IMG/VR virus record: IMGVR_UViG_3300031673_016559 | Coordinates: 1-55,511 of that record | DNA from: a virus | Lineage: Duplodnaviria; Caudoviricetes | DNA length: 55,511 nucleotides | Direction: 5' to 3' (one strand) | Shown here: positions 18,081 through 26,602 of the stretch, one piece after another | Layout of the letters: each line of letters starts with the position of its first letter | Numbering within the stretch: position 1 is the first letter of the stretch | Translations under genes and position numbers: made by a program | The notes under the pieces: model-generated | The model's database searches: none | The model's input: only the letters and a program-made list of their open reading frames with translations | What the model was told of the DNA's origin: nothing

Positions 18081-18479
18081 TCAGCTCGAGTATTTCTCGC
18101 ACATCATTTCGAGCATCCTGCGCCTGCCTCGGATCTCGGCGGGGCCGCCGATGATCTGATAGACGACATCGGTGTCGCCGTGCACGGTAATGCGCATCGA
18201 CGAGTCGATGTCGTTGCGCCAGCGGATCCTGACACGGGTCTGGTTTCGCGCTACGGCGAGCCCCTGCATCACCGACTCAGAGCGACTTGGCAGCGCGTCC
18301 TGCACTTCGGCCCAAAACCGCTCAGCCACCGGCGGGCTTCCGGGCAGCACGGCCAGAGGCACCCAGGTGATAACTTGGGTGCCGTATTGGGTGTCCTGGG
18401 TCGCCTGTTTTTGTTCAATGGTAATAAGACGGGTCAGGGTTCCAGCGGAAACCCTTACGGCCCCGGCGGACATAATCAT
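18081..18479 (-). CDS. Head-closure (stopper / head-tail adaptor) protein
   Basis: AG.L...ITIEQ, WAEV, RIRWR.DI...MRI motifs of the SPP1 gp16-like family. Confidence 0.88.
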   Translation of the reverse strand: MIMSAGAVRVSAGTLTRLITIEQKQATQDTQYGTQVITWVPLAVLPGSPPVAERFWAEVQDALPSRSESVMQGLAVARNQTRVRIRWRNDIDSSMRITVHGDTDVVYQIIGGPAEIRGRRRMLEMMCEKYSS

Positions 18480-19009
18480 GGCGCGATCCAGTAGCATTGC
18501 ATTGTATCGGCGCAATCGACGACGTGAAGGCCAGCCGCCTCGATGGCCTTCGCCACGCCTGGGCAGTTTTTCCAGTGATAGTCGTCGAACACGGCGATGC
18601 CGCCCGAGGTCATGCGCGCGCGCAGCCAGACGATCGCGTCGGCGGTACTCTTTTCCAGATCCATGTCAACGTGCGCGAAGCTGATGTGCTTGTCGAACGC
18701 CTCTGCGGAGCGCGGAAACAGCCCGGCGATCAGCGTGACGTTCGCTGGCATCGCGGCCTTGACTGCATCGAGCGACGTGTTGCTGAACTCGCCGGGCTTG
18801 TGGAAGTCGATCTCGCGCCATGACTCTTTCGGCATCCCCTCGAAGGTGTCGAAGCCATAGCACCGCTTTTCCGAGAACTCACCCGCGAGTGCTTTCAGCG
18901 CGCCGCCCTGATAGACCCCAAGCTCGACGATGCAGCCGGCGACGGTGCGCGCGGTTTCAGCCACGCGCAACAGCGTCGAGAGCTTTTTCGGGGTGAGCAG
19001 AATTTCCAT
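18476..19009 (-). CDS. TylF/MycF-like SAM-dependent O-methyltransferase
   Basis: GCIVELGVYQGG, GFDTFEGMP, FAHVDMD, FDDY motifs. Confidence 0.85.
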   Translation of the reverse strand: MEILLTPKKLSTLLRVAETARTVAGCIVELGVYQGGALKALAGEFSEKRCYGFDTFEGMPKESWREIDFHKPGEFSNTSLDAVKAAMPANVTLIAGLFPRSAEAFDKHISFAHVDMDLEKSTADAIVWLRARMTSGGIAVFDDYHWKNCPGVAKAIEAAGLHVVDCADTMQCYWIAP

Positions 19010-19937
19010 TGTGATGCTCCACTATGAATTCGGCGATCCGCGCGTGCGCGAGAGGAATGTCGATGGTCTTGTCGTGATTGCAGGCCGGCGACCAGCAGGC
19101 GCACGGACTGATCGGCTCGATTGGAAGCCACGGCGAATAGCGCGCGCCCGCCGAAAACGATTCCTTACCCTCGAAGCCGCCGAAGATGCAGATGAGCGGC
19201 GCGCTGACCGCCTGCGCGAGCACGGTCATGAAGCACGGCGATGTAAAAACCAGCTCGGCCCTTGCCGTGAGCGCCGCCATCGTCTCAAGATCGAGCTCGC
19301 CCTTGTGATAGACGGCATCGGGCTCGATTTGCGACTCCGACTCGATGATCGACTCCACGCCATCCACGAGATCGGCGACACTGATCACGAAAAACTGCTG
19401 CCGGATTCTCGAAGCAAGCGCGTGATAGGCTTCGCAATCCGGGTTGCGCGCGAGCTTTGCGCGCGCCGATTCCCGGTTTTGCCCATGCAGCGCGATCAGC
19501 GGCCGGTAGATCATCAACGGCCTGTCGTCGGCCAGTTCCATTAGCACGGCGTCGGCCTTCGCGTTCCACGCTGGCGCTATCGGCAGACGAAAATCACCGG
19601 CCCCAAGCGGCACGCCGCACACGTCGGCCATGGTCTGCAGTACCGAGACGCGATTGCCTGGGCGCATCCGGCTGAGATAGCCGTTGCTCACCACCTTCGA
19701 ACCTGGTGGGGCCGCCGTGCGTCCGTAGAGGGCCGCGGTACGAATTTCGTTCTTCGCCATCCACGGGATCGGTGACTTGAGCGGCACCAGATGCAGCTCG
19801 GGCAGATCCCAAAAGAGTTGCGGCCAGGACGTTTTCAGCCAGAGGTCGTGCCCGCGCATCAGCTCGCGCACGATGGCGCGCTCGTGCAGGTTGTCACCCA
19901 GGCCATGCATCCCGTTAAGCGTATAGGCGCAGCGCAT
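18957..19937 (-). CDS. GT-B glycosyltransferase, GT9 (heptosyltransferase)-like
   Basis: N-terminal GLGD; GELDLETMAALTARAELVF...LAQAVSAPLICIFG resembles the GT9 nucleotide-sugar site; C-terminal PCAC...C. Confidence 0.7.
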   Translation of the reverse strand: MRCAYTLNGMHGLGDNLHERAIVRELMRGHDLWLKTSWPQLFWDLPELHLVPLKSPIPWMAKNEIRTAALYGRTAAPPGSKVVSNGYLSRMRPGNRVSVLQTMADVCGVPLGAGDFRLPIAPAWNAKADAVLMELADDRPLMIYRPLIALHGQNRESARAKLARNPDCEAYHALASRIRQQFFVISVADLVDGVESIIESESQIEPDAVYHKGELDLETMAALTARAELVFTSPCFMTVLAQAVSAPLICIFGGFEGKESFSAGARYSPWLPIEPISPCACWSPACNHDKTIDIPLAHARIAEFIVEHHNGNSAHPEKALDAVARG

Positions 19938-20586
19938 CTTCGAGGTCCATTTTCGGAAAGCTGTCGATGGCAGAGTCCGGCGAGCAATTCACCACCTTGA
20001 CCCCGGCGGCCAAGATTGCGCGCTCGCCCGCCGAGAACGCTTTGCGATATTCGGCATAGGCGGCGATGGGCTCGCGCTTCGGGTGGTCGCCGAACCAATG
20101 CGTCTTGCCCGTTGGTTCGCGCGCGTCAAACCCGAGGAGCAGAATCGTTTTCGCTCCCGCCAAGACGGCGATGTTGAGCGCCTGGTAGCCCGAGTTGCTT
20201 CCGGTAACGATCTGCTTCGGGTCGAGCGACAATCCGAAGCTATGGCCCCGGCCATTGGCGTTGCGCAAAATGTGCACCGCCGGATCCTTGATGTTCCCGC
20301 CGCTGTCGGAGATCGAGCATTTTTGCCCGGCGAACGCCTGAAAGTCCGGGCGGTCCTTGTGCCAGCCCCACCATTCCGAATCTGCGAAGTAGCAAATATC
20401 GGCGAACGGCGCGAGCCGGTAGGCGTCATTGACTGCTATCACGCGAAGGGCGCGCCGCGCGCTCACCAGCTCGACCTGCTGCGGCGTGAGGCTCGGGCCA
20501 CCGCCGATCAGCACCGCAATGGCCTCGCGCCATTCGAGCGCGACCTGGCTGAACGCGCCCTCGGCCTCCCGGCGCAGGACGCTCAC
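19915..20586 (-). CDS. MAF/DUF115/CstII-like putative sugar transferase
   Basis: IGGGPSL, IAVNDAY, NSGYQALNIA..AGAK.I.LLGFD and HWFGDH motifs. Confidence 0.65.
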   Translation of the reverse strand: MSVLRREAEGAFSQVALEWREAIAVLIGGGPSLTPQQVELVSARRALRVIAVNDAYRLAPFADICYFADSEWWGWHKDRPDFQAFAGQKCSISDSGGNIKDPAVHILRNANGRGHSFGLSLDPKQIVTGSNSGYQALNIAVLAGAKTILLLGFDAREPTGKTHWFGDHPKREPIAAYAEYRKAFSAGERAILAAGVKVVNCSPDSAIDSFPKMDLEDALRLYA

Positions 20587-21272
20587 GCGATCGACAGATC
20601 AGCGCGCTCGGGCTTGAGGAGCTGCTCCGCCACCTGCAGGAGCAGCGGCATCATGACCGGGTCGCGGTCATAGTTCGCCTCGGCCCACAGCTTCATGGCC
20701 TGCCGGAAGCGAACGGGCACGACGCTGCCATCCTGCGAAGGGCTGCCAGTGCGGTTGGCAAAGCCAGCCCGGAACGTGATGCGAAAGCCCGCGAAAACGC
20801 CAGCCGTCGGCCAGGTGATACCGTTCAGGGGAACGATACGCGGCCACTTTGATTCGGCCTCGCGTAGCTGGTAGCTCAGCGGGTCAACGGCAGTCTCGAC
20901 GCCGGCCTGGTCGACCGATACGAACTCGGTCAGCGCGAGGACCGGAGATTTGCGCAGCATTATTTCGCCGCTGCGCATCCAGTGGTCCCAATCGCGCTGG
21001 CCCCACCAGCCGCGAAGCCCCGGCGTGTAGCCCGAGACGCGATCACCGCCGACGGAGTAGCCGCTGCGGTTCACGATGGACAGCCGCCAGGTCTGATCGA
21101 CCAACGCGCGGCCGGTGTAGTCCTCGGCCCACTCGCGCGCCGCGGCGATCAGATTCGTGATGTCGGCGTCCTCATCCGTGATGGACGTGTAGGAGCGCAG
21201 GTGGCGCTTCATTTCATCGAGCAGCACGGGCTCGATGTCGGGTTGGGTGATGTGCTCAAAGAGGAAGTTCAT
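20583..21272 (-). CDS. Head-tail connector (gp6/gp15-like adaptor)
   Basis: EPV.L.E.K.HLR...DED..I..LI.AARE.AE.YTGRAL..QTW motif. Confidence 0.9.
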   Translation of the reverse strand: MNFLFEHITQPDIEPVLLDEMKRHLRSYTSITDEDADITNLIAAAREWAEDYTGRALVDQTWRLSIVNRSGYSVGGDRVSGYTPGLRGWWGQRDWDHWMRSGEIMLRKSPVLALTEFVSVDQAGVETAVDPLSYQLREAESKWPRIVPLNGITWPTAGVFAGFRITFRAGFANRTGSPSQDGSVVPVRFRQAMKLWAEANYDRDPVMMPLLLQVAEQLLKPERADLSIA

Positions 21273-22867
21273 TGGATATGCACCGTCGGTTTTGTCGTGG
21301 CAGGACCATCAGGCTTGCCGTCCTTGCCGCGCGCGCCCTCTTTCACCATCAGTCGCCAATCCGATGAATCGCCCGGCTTGGCCGTCGTCTTTTCAACTTC
21401 GCAATGCCATGCCGAGCCGCCCCAGGTGACCACGTCGCCGCCCTCGTATTCACCTTCGCGCCAGACTTTGCGGTACAGGATCACGCGGGTCTTGATCTCG
21501 CAAACCAGCTCGCGCCCGCTCGTGTAGCGCGTGGTGCGTCGAATAGTGCGCCCTTCGTGTAGCGTTTCCTCGACCTGGGTGTCGATGCCGTTCATGCAGA
21601 CGGACCAGCCGGCGGCTGCGAGGCCGACCGGGCCGTCAGACCCGAGCGGATCGGTGTTGCGGATCGAGCGGATCATGCCGCCTCGGTGCTCGGCGAAGGT
21701 GCCGCGCGGATAGCTCTTAGCCTCGTCGATGGCCGGGAGGATGTCGATGGCGAGCGCGTCGCGTCCCGCGTCGCCGTCCTTCCCGTCCCGGCCGTCGCGC
21801 CCATCCTTGCCCTCGCGGCCGTCTTTACCGTGCTCGCCGGCTACGCCGCGCAGCGATTCGACCCACGCCAACTGATTGCCGACAAATCCCGCGGCTTGCG
21901 CGAGTTCATAGGCGCTTTTTCCGTTCGCGCCGTCGCGCCCAGGACTGCCGTCGTTGCCGAGTCCGCCATCGGCGCCCGGTGCGCCAGGATGGCCTTTTTC
22001 TCCACGCTCACCCGCCGGGCCTGGATCGCCCTTTTCGCCGCGTTCGCCGACTGCGCCGGGTTCACCTCTTGTGCCCGGCTGACCTTGTTCTCCCGGCTCG
22101 CCTTTCTCGCCACGCTCACCGGGCGTGCCAGGGTCGCCTTTTTCTCCGCGCTCACCGGGCGTGCCGGGCTCGCCCATTTCACCGGCCTCGCCGCGCTTGC
22201 CCTGCGGCCCTTGTTCGCCCTTGATCGATTCGCCGGGCGGGCCAGCCTCGCCGCGCGCCCCGGGCTCACCCGGTGAGCCCGTTTCCCCGCGCGCGCCGAT
22301 CGCACCGGGGTCGCCTTTTACGCCCGGTGGGCTCTGCTCGCCCGGTTCGCCCTTATCCCCACGCTCGCCCGGCGCGCCAGAATCGCCCTTTTCTCCACGC
22401 TCGCCCGCCGGGCCTGGCTCACCTTTTGCACCGACTTCGCCCGCCGGGCCTGGCTCACCCTTTGCACCGGCTTCGCCGCGCTCGCCCTGTGGCCCCGGAT
22501 CGCCTTTGACCGATTCACCGGGTGCACCGCTGTCGCCCTTTTCGCCGCGTTTGCCGCGTTCGCCGATTGCGCCCGGCAGACCCTGTACTCCCGGCTCACC
22601 CTTCTCGCCGCGCTCACCGGGCGTGCCAGGATCGCCTTTTTCCCCGCGCTCACCTGGTGTGCCGGGCGCGCCCTTTTCTCCGGCCTCGCCGCGCTCGCCC
22701 GGCGCGCCCTGATCGCCAGGGTCACCCTTGGGGCCCGCAGGAATGGCACCGATCTTGGTGACAAGCTCGTCGATCCGCTTACCGAGTGGATATATGGCGC
22801 GGGCGACATAGCCCCTGACCGCCTCGAGCATCTTGTGTGCGAGCAATTCAGCGTCAAGCAGGTTCAA
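21269..22867 (-). CDS. Collagen-like head-associated protein
   Basis: About 270 aa of Gly-X-Y (GEKGEP/GERGEK) plus a C-terminal GRDAL...SYPRG...YRKVW...GDVVTWGGS.WH domain, immediately after the portal. Confidence 0.85.
   Translation of the reverse strand: MNLLDAELLAHKMLEAVRGYVARAIYPLGKRIDELVTKIGAIPAGPKGDPGDQGAPGERGEAGEKGAPGTPGERGEKGDPGTPGERGEKGEPGVQGLPGAIGERGKRGEKGDSGAPGESVKGDPGPQGERGEAGAKGEPGPAGEVGAKGEPGPAGERGEKGDSGAPGERGDKGEPGEQSPPGVKGDPGAIGARGETGSPGEPGARGEAGPPGESIKGEQGPQGKRGEAGEMGEPGTPGERGEKGDPGTPGERGEKGEPGEQGQPGTRGEPGAVGERGEKGDPGPAGERGEKGHPGAPGADGGLGNDGSPGRDGANGKSAYELAQAAGFVGNQLAWVESLRGVAGEHGKDGREGKDGRDGRDGKDGDAGRDALAIDILPAIDEAKSYPRGTFAEHRGGMIRSIRNTDPLGSDGPVGLAAAGWSVCMNGIDTQVEETLHEGRTIRRTTRYTSGRELVCEIKTRVILYRKVWREGEYEGGDVVTWGGSAWHCEVEKTTAKPGDSSDWRLMVKEGARGKDGKPDGPATTKPTVHIQ
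21770..22735 (-). repeat. Collagen Gly-X-Y coding repeats with internal duplications
   Basis: GTPGERGEKGDPGTPGERGEKGEPG occurs twice and GAKGEPGPAGE is tandem; 9-nt periodicity. Confidence 0.85.
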
Positions 22868-24251
22868 GCTCGAGCCCCTTGACGAATAGCTCGGCGAGCA
22901 CGGCCGCGTCGACCGAATCCGCTTTGTCGTTTGCCGCCGCCGGAGCAGGCACCGGCATGGGCGGCGCCCCCGGCGCTGGCGTCAGTTCAGGCTTTGGCGC
23001 GGCGCCTGCGAACGGGTCGGCCTTCGCGTCGCGCTTGGCAAGGGCCGCGAGCGAATAGTTCTGCTGCTGCAGGTAGGGCGACTCGCCACCGGCAACCGGC
23101 GGCATATTTTCCGTAGCGCGCGCTTCGTTCGGCGACATCCAGCCGCCCTGGATTGCCTTGCTCTTCGTGTCGTAGCGCGTCGCCGTATCCATGCGCATGA
23201 GCCCCTCCAGGTCGAGCTCGGTGTGATAACCCCCTGGCAGGGCTAGACCATCGTCGAGGCACGCTTCCACAGATTCGATCAGGGTTTGCAAGCAGTCGGA
23301 GTAATACGTCTGGTTGAGCGATTCGACGCTGACGCGCACCGGCTCCGGGCCGCCGAGCTTGAACAGCGGAACGTGGAAGCAGCGCGCGACGTCCTCCACC
23401 GTCCATTTCAATTGCTCGATCAACTGCGCTTCGCCGGCGGGGATCGTCATCGCCTCGTACTTGAGGCCGTCGCCCAGGACGGCGAGGCGGCCGAAGTTGG
23501 CACCGCCATAATTTTCTTCCCAGGCTTTTTTGATGCGTTCCGCTGTCTGGTCGCTGATCGTGCCGGGCGCCGAGAGCGCCCCGGACGGGCGGCTCATGTT
23601 GTCAAAAAACTTGGTGCTGTTGCCCTGGATCCGATTGCCCATCGTCGCGGACATCCCGCAAGCGTAGATCGGCGACACGCCGACGAGCGGGTGCCACAGG
23701 CAGACCATGCGGTCGTGGATAATCTCCGAAGCGGGAACGGTGATCGCCTCGGGGAGCTGAGCAAGGTGATCCGCGGCGATCCTGTAATAGACGCTCCCAT
23801 CGTCGGCCACAAGCGGCGTGACGCGCTGCGCGTCGAGGATATAAAGGGCCGTGACGAGCCCGCGGCCATCCCGCTGCTTAAGCGCGAAGGTATTGCCGTA
23901 GAGCAGCTTGGAGGTGACCCAACACTCGATGAACTTGATGCGCGTCTGGTAGCGGTTCGGCTTTGCCAATACTGGCAGAAAGGGCGAGCTGGTCTTGACC
24001 TCCGTCGCGATGCCGTTGTCGTCCTCGTCGACGAGCTTGATTCTCAGCTTGCCGATGTCGGCCGCGATAATGGTGACGCAGGCAAACACCGCCGAAAAAG
24101 CCAGCACCTCGCGCGGCGCATCGACTTCGATATTGCGCTGCCAGGCGCCGGCGAAGGACTCCCGGATCAGGCCGAACCAGCCCCCGCTTGAATTGATAGC
24201 GGAAAGGGTCTGCGCCTTTTTGCGCACAACCTCGAAGCCGAAGATGCGCAT
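22854..24251 (-). CDS. Portal protein, HK97 family
   Basis: SAVFACV..IA.DI, PN.YQT...F, GVSPI, Q.IE......EDVAR.F.VP, SPNEARA.EN.PP..GG motifs. Confidence 0.95.
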   Translation of the reverse strand: MRIFGFEVVRKKAQTLSAINSSGGWFGLIRESFAGAWQRNIEVDAPREVLAFSAVFACVTIIAADIGKLRIKLVDEDDNGIATEVKTSSPFLPVLAKPNRYQTRIKFIECWVTSKLLYGNTFALKQRDGRGLVTALYILDAQRVTPLVADDGSVYYRIAADHLAQLPEAITVPASEIIHDRMVCLWHPLVGVSPIYACGMSATMGNRIQGNSTKFFDNMSRPSGALSAPGTISDQTAERIKKAWEENYGGANFGRLAVLGDGLKYEAMTIPAGEAQLIEQLKWTVEDVARCFHVPLFKLGGPEPVRVSVESLNQTYYSDCLQTLIESVEACLDDGLALPGGYHTELDLEGLMRMDTATRYDTKSKAIQGGWMSPNEARATENMPPVAGGESPYLQQQNYSLAALAKRDAKADPFAGAAPKPELTPAPGAPPMPVPAPAAANDKADSVDAAVLAELFVKGLELEPA

Positions 24252-24252
24252 A

Positions 24253-24495
24253 TCAGGCAGTTTTGTGTTTGGTGTTGTACCTGCGTTTCTGGCGCACTGC
24301 GACAGCGGCCGGCGCTGGGTCAGCCGCCACCATTTGGCGCGTACGGTATTGCTGGCCGTCCTGCGCCGGTGCAAGCTCGGCGCGCCCAAGCAGCTCCAGG
24401 GCGTGGACATACTCCTCGTGCGCCTCGAACGGCTCGCCAGCTGCGAGCTCGCGCCCGTCGTAAGTGTGGCCCATCTTGGAGATCATTTTTGGCAT
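24253..24495 (-). CDS. Small hypothetical head-region protein
   Basis: RBS AAAGGA; fills the gap between capsid and portal genes. Confidence 0.7.
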   Translation of the reverse strand: MPKMISKMGHTYDGRELAAGEPFEAHEEYVHALELLGRAELAPAQDGQQYRTRQMVAADPAPAAVAVRQKRRYNTKHKTA

Positions 24496-24555
24496 AAGAT
24501 TTCCTTTGGAATCGGGCGCACCATCCGAACGCGGACAGGTGCGCCCGCCGGCCTA

Positions 24556-26535
24556 TTACGAGCCAGAGACGTACGCGGCGTTCTGGATGAACTGCGCCGC
24601 GGTCGCACGCGCCTTGGCCCAGTTAATGTAGCGAACGGCCTTGATTGCCAGGCTGTTCGTCTGGAACATCGAAACCACCGTCGTCGGGTTGGTGGGGCCG
24701 GTCGACTCGTTCACCGCGGAGGTGTCCATCATCTGCAGCGACGCCTCCGAGCTGGTGCTGATCGTCACCTCGCCGTCATCGGCCAGCAGAATTGCCGGCG
24801 CGTTGATCAGCGCGATGATTGAGCCATACGCCGGACTGCCGACGAGCTTTGCCGACATCGAGGTGATGACTGGCAGGCCGAACAGCGTGCCGCCAAGCAT
24901 GTTGATCTCGGGGTAGAGAGGCTGACCCAACGGGTTCAGCATCATCGAGAGCGAGAGCGCCTGCGTCGGCGCCATGATCCACACGCCGAGCGACGGGTCC
25001 ATATTCGCAGCGAGCCACGCGTCGATCAACGTCTGCACGTCGGCGCGCAGCGCGTTCGACGTCGTCCCGCTCGGCGTGATTGGGGTCACGCCGTTGAGGA
25101 TGGACGCCGGCGACACGTTCGCCACGGCCGCAAAATCCGGATTGAGGAACTGCGTATCCAGAAATTGCGCGATCGACTTCCCGAGATCGTTTCGCACCAG
25201 CATTTCTGCCGATGGGGACGAGCTGCGGACCAACTCGTCATCTACCGCGACCAGGCCGGCCGCTTTCGCGATGCCGAGCGTGATAGCGAAGGTGCCGAGC
25301 TTGCTCATCGGAACCGGCTGGCCCTGCCCGACCCAAAACGCAGAAGATGCCGCGTTCTGGCCGGCGATACGCACGTTGAACGGGATTTTTGTCAGGCCAG
25401 GGATCTTGCCGATGATCGTCTGCGGACGCAGGAACTCGATGAACTCGCTGGCGAGGTTCTGCGCATACACCAGCTCGGACGCCCACGTCGAGGTGGTCGT
25501 GTCGCCGGCCGCCACAGCAGCCTTCAACACCTGGGCAAGCTCGGGCGAGCTGTCCATCCACGCCTTGTTGTTCTGAACGAGAGAAAGCGCATCGTTCAGG
25601 TTGCCCTTGGCGCGCAGGAGCGCCATCGCGTAGCGGGCCATCTTGATGCCTGGCTCGAGGCGCGGCGGCTTCACGCTGATGATGGTGCCGGTGCCGCGCA
25701 GCTTTGCCGACGCCTCCGGGCCGTCCACCTTGGCGGGGATGACCTCGACGGCGCCCGCGACCATCTGCGCCTCATGCTCTTTCAGGCGCACCAGGTGCTC
25801 ATCGACCGCTTTGACTTCGCCCTTGAGGGTGTCATATTCCTGCGTCTCGGCTTCGTTCAGCGTGCGACCTTCCTCGGCCGCTTTCGCCATGATTTCAGTC
25901 ATGCGCGCCACGCTGGCCTGGCGCTTCGCCTCGAAGGAGGCGATTTGTTCAGCTATCGTTTTCATTTCAGAGTTTCCTTTCGGGAGTTTGTGTTGCGGTC
26001 CCGAAGCGCCGGGAGAGGAGGACAAGCGCACAACTTGGCGCGGCCGATCGCCTAACGCGGCGAGCAACGCTTCATCTGCGGACTTGATACTGGTAATGCT
26101 TGCGTCCACGTTCGCGGGGATCGTGACGCAGGAGAGTTCGAGCCACTCCCATTTGAGGAAGTGTTCGGCCCAGGTGTCCTTAATTTGCGAGGACTCGATA
26201 GGGTTGAACCCGATCGACATGCCCTTGACGAGCTTGTACTTGATCGACTGCCAGGCATTGTCGATCCGGTCCTTCAGCGTGCCCGCCTCGGGGATCTTGG
26301 CAAACTGTGCCTGGAAGGTAATGCCCTCGGGCGTGGCCTTGGCCGCGACGACTTCTCCGACCGGCTCGCGGGCGTTGTGCTGCCAGAGTAGGGGGATCGG
26401 CAATTTGAACTGCGCGCCCTCGGGCTCGACGATGTCGCCCATGCGATCCGTGCTCGGTGTCGTCGCGATGCCTTCGATGATGCGTTGCTCTTCATCGACG
26501 CTCTTGATCGTGAACAGGCTGTAGGCGCGATTCAT
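24556..26535 (-). CDS. Prohead protease-major capsid fusion (HK97 fold)
   Basis: N-terminal U35/S78 protease (PLLWQH, GMSIGF, ELSCVTIPAN), coiled-coil delta domain, capsid (WVGQGQ..P, SSPSAEMLVR.DL, SMFQTN..A.KA). Confidence 0.93.
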   Translation of the reverse strand: MNRAYSLFTIKSVDEEQRIIEGIATTPSTDRMGDIVEPEGAQFKLPIPLLWQHNAREPVGEVVAAKATPEGITFQAQFAKIPEAGTLKDRIDNAWQSIKYKLVKGMSIGFNPIESSQIKDTWAEHFLKWEWLELSCVTIPANVDASITSIKSADEALLAALGDRPRQVVRLSSSPGASGPQHKLPKGNSEMKTIAEQIASFEAKRQASVARMTEIMAKAAEEGRTLNEAETQEYDTLKGEVKAVDEHLVRLKEHEAQMVAGAVEVIPAKVDGPEASAKLRGTGTIISVKPPRLEPGIKMARYAMALLRAKGNLNDALSLVQNNKAWMDSSPELAQVLKAAVAAGDTTTSTWASELVYAQNLASEFIEFLRPQTIIGKIPGLTKIPFNVRIAGQNAASSAFWVGQGQPVPMSKLGTFAITLGIAKAAGLVAVDDELVRSSSPSAEMLVRNDLGKSIAQFLDTQFLNPDFAAVANVSPASILNGVTPITPSGTTSNALRADVQTLIDAWLAANMDPSLGVWIMAPTQALSLSMMLNPLGQPLYPEINMLGGTLFGLPVITSMSAKLVGSPAYGSIIALINAPAILLADDGEVTISTSSEASLQMMDTSAVNESTGPTNPTTVVSMFQTNSLAIKAVRYINWAKARATAAQFIQNAAYVSGS

Positions 26536-26554
26536 AGGTGGCACTCCAGAATTG

Positions 26555-26576
26555 AAAAAGCCGCCCGGGGGCGGCT
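26555..26576 (-). terminator. Intrinsic terminator between terminase and protease-capsid genes
   Basis: AGCCGCC-cccg-GGCGGCT stem plus U-tract on the minus strand. Confidence 0.55.
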
Positions 26577-26602
26577 GGTGATTCGATTGCGAAGCGGTAC
26601 GG

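Noticed and set aside
18476-20586. O-antigen seroconversion (gtrABC-like) or DNA hypermodification reading of the transferase cassette
   Set aside because: No TM segments, flippase or own promoter, and no base-hydroxymethylase or nucleotide genes nearby; disfavoured but not excluded
21770-22735. Periodic repeats as a possible CRISPR or non-coding array
   Set aside because: 9-nt periodicity is explained by Gly-X-Y coding; no repeat-spacer structure and no cas operon
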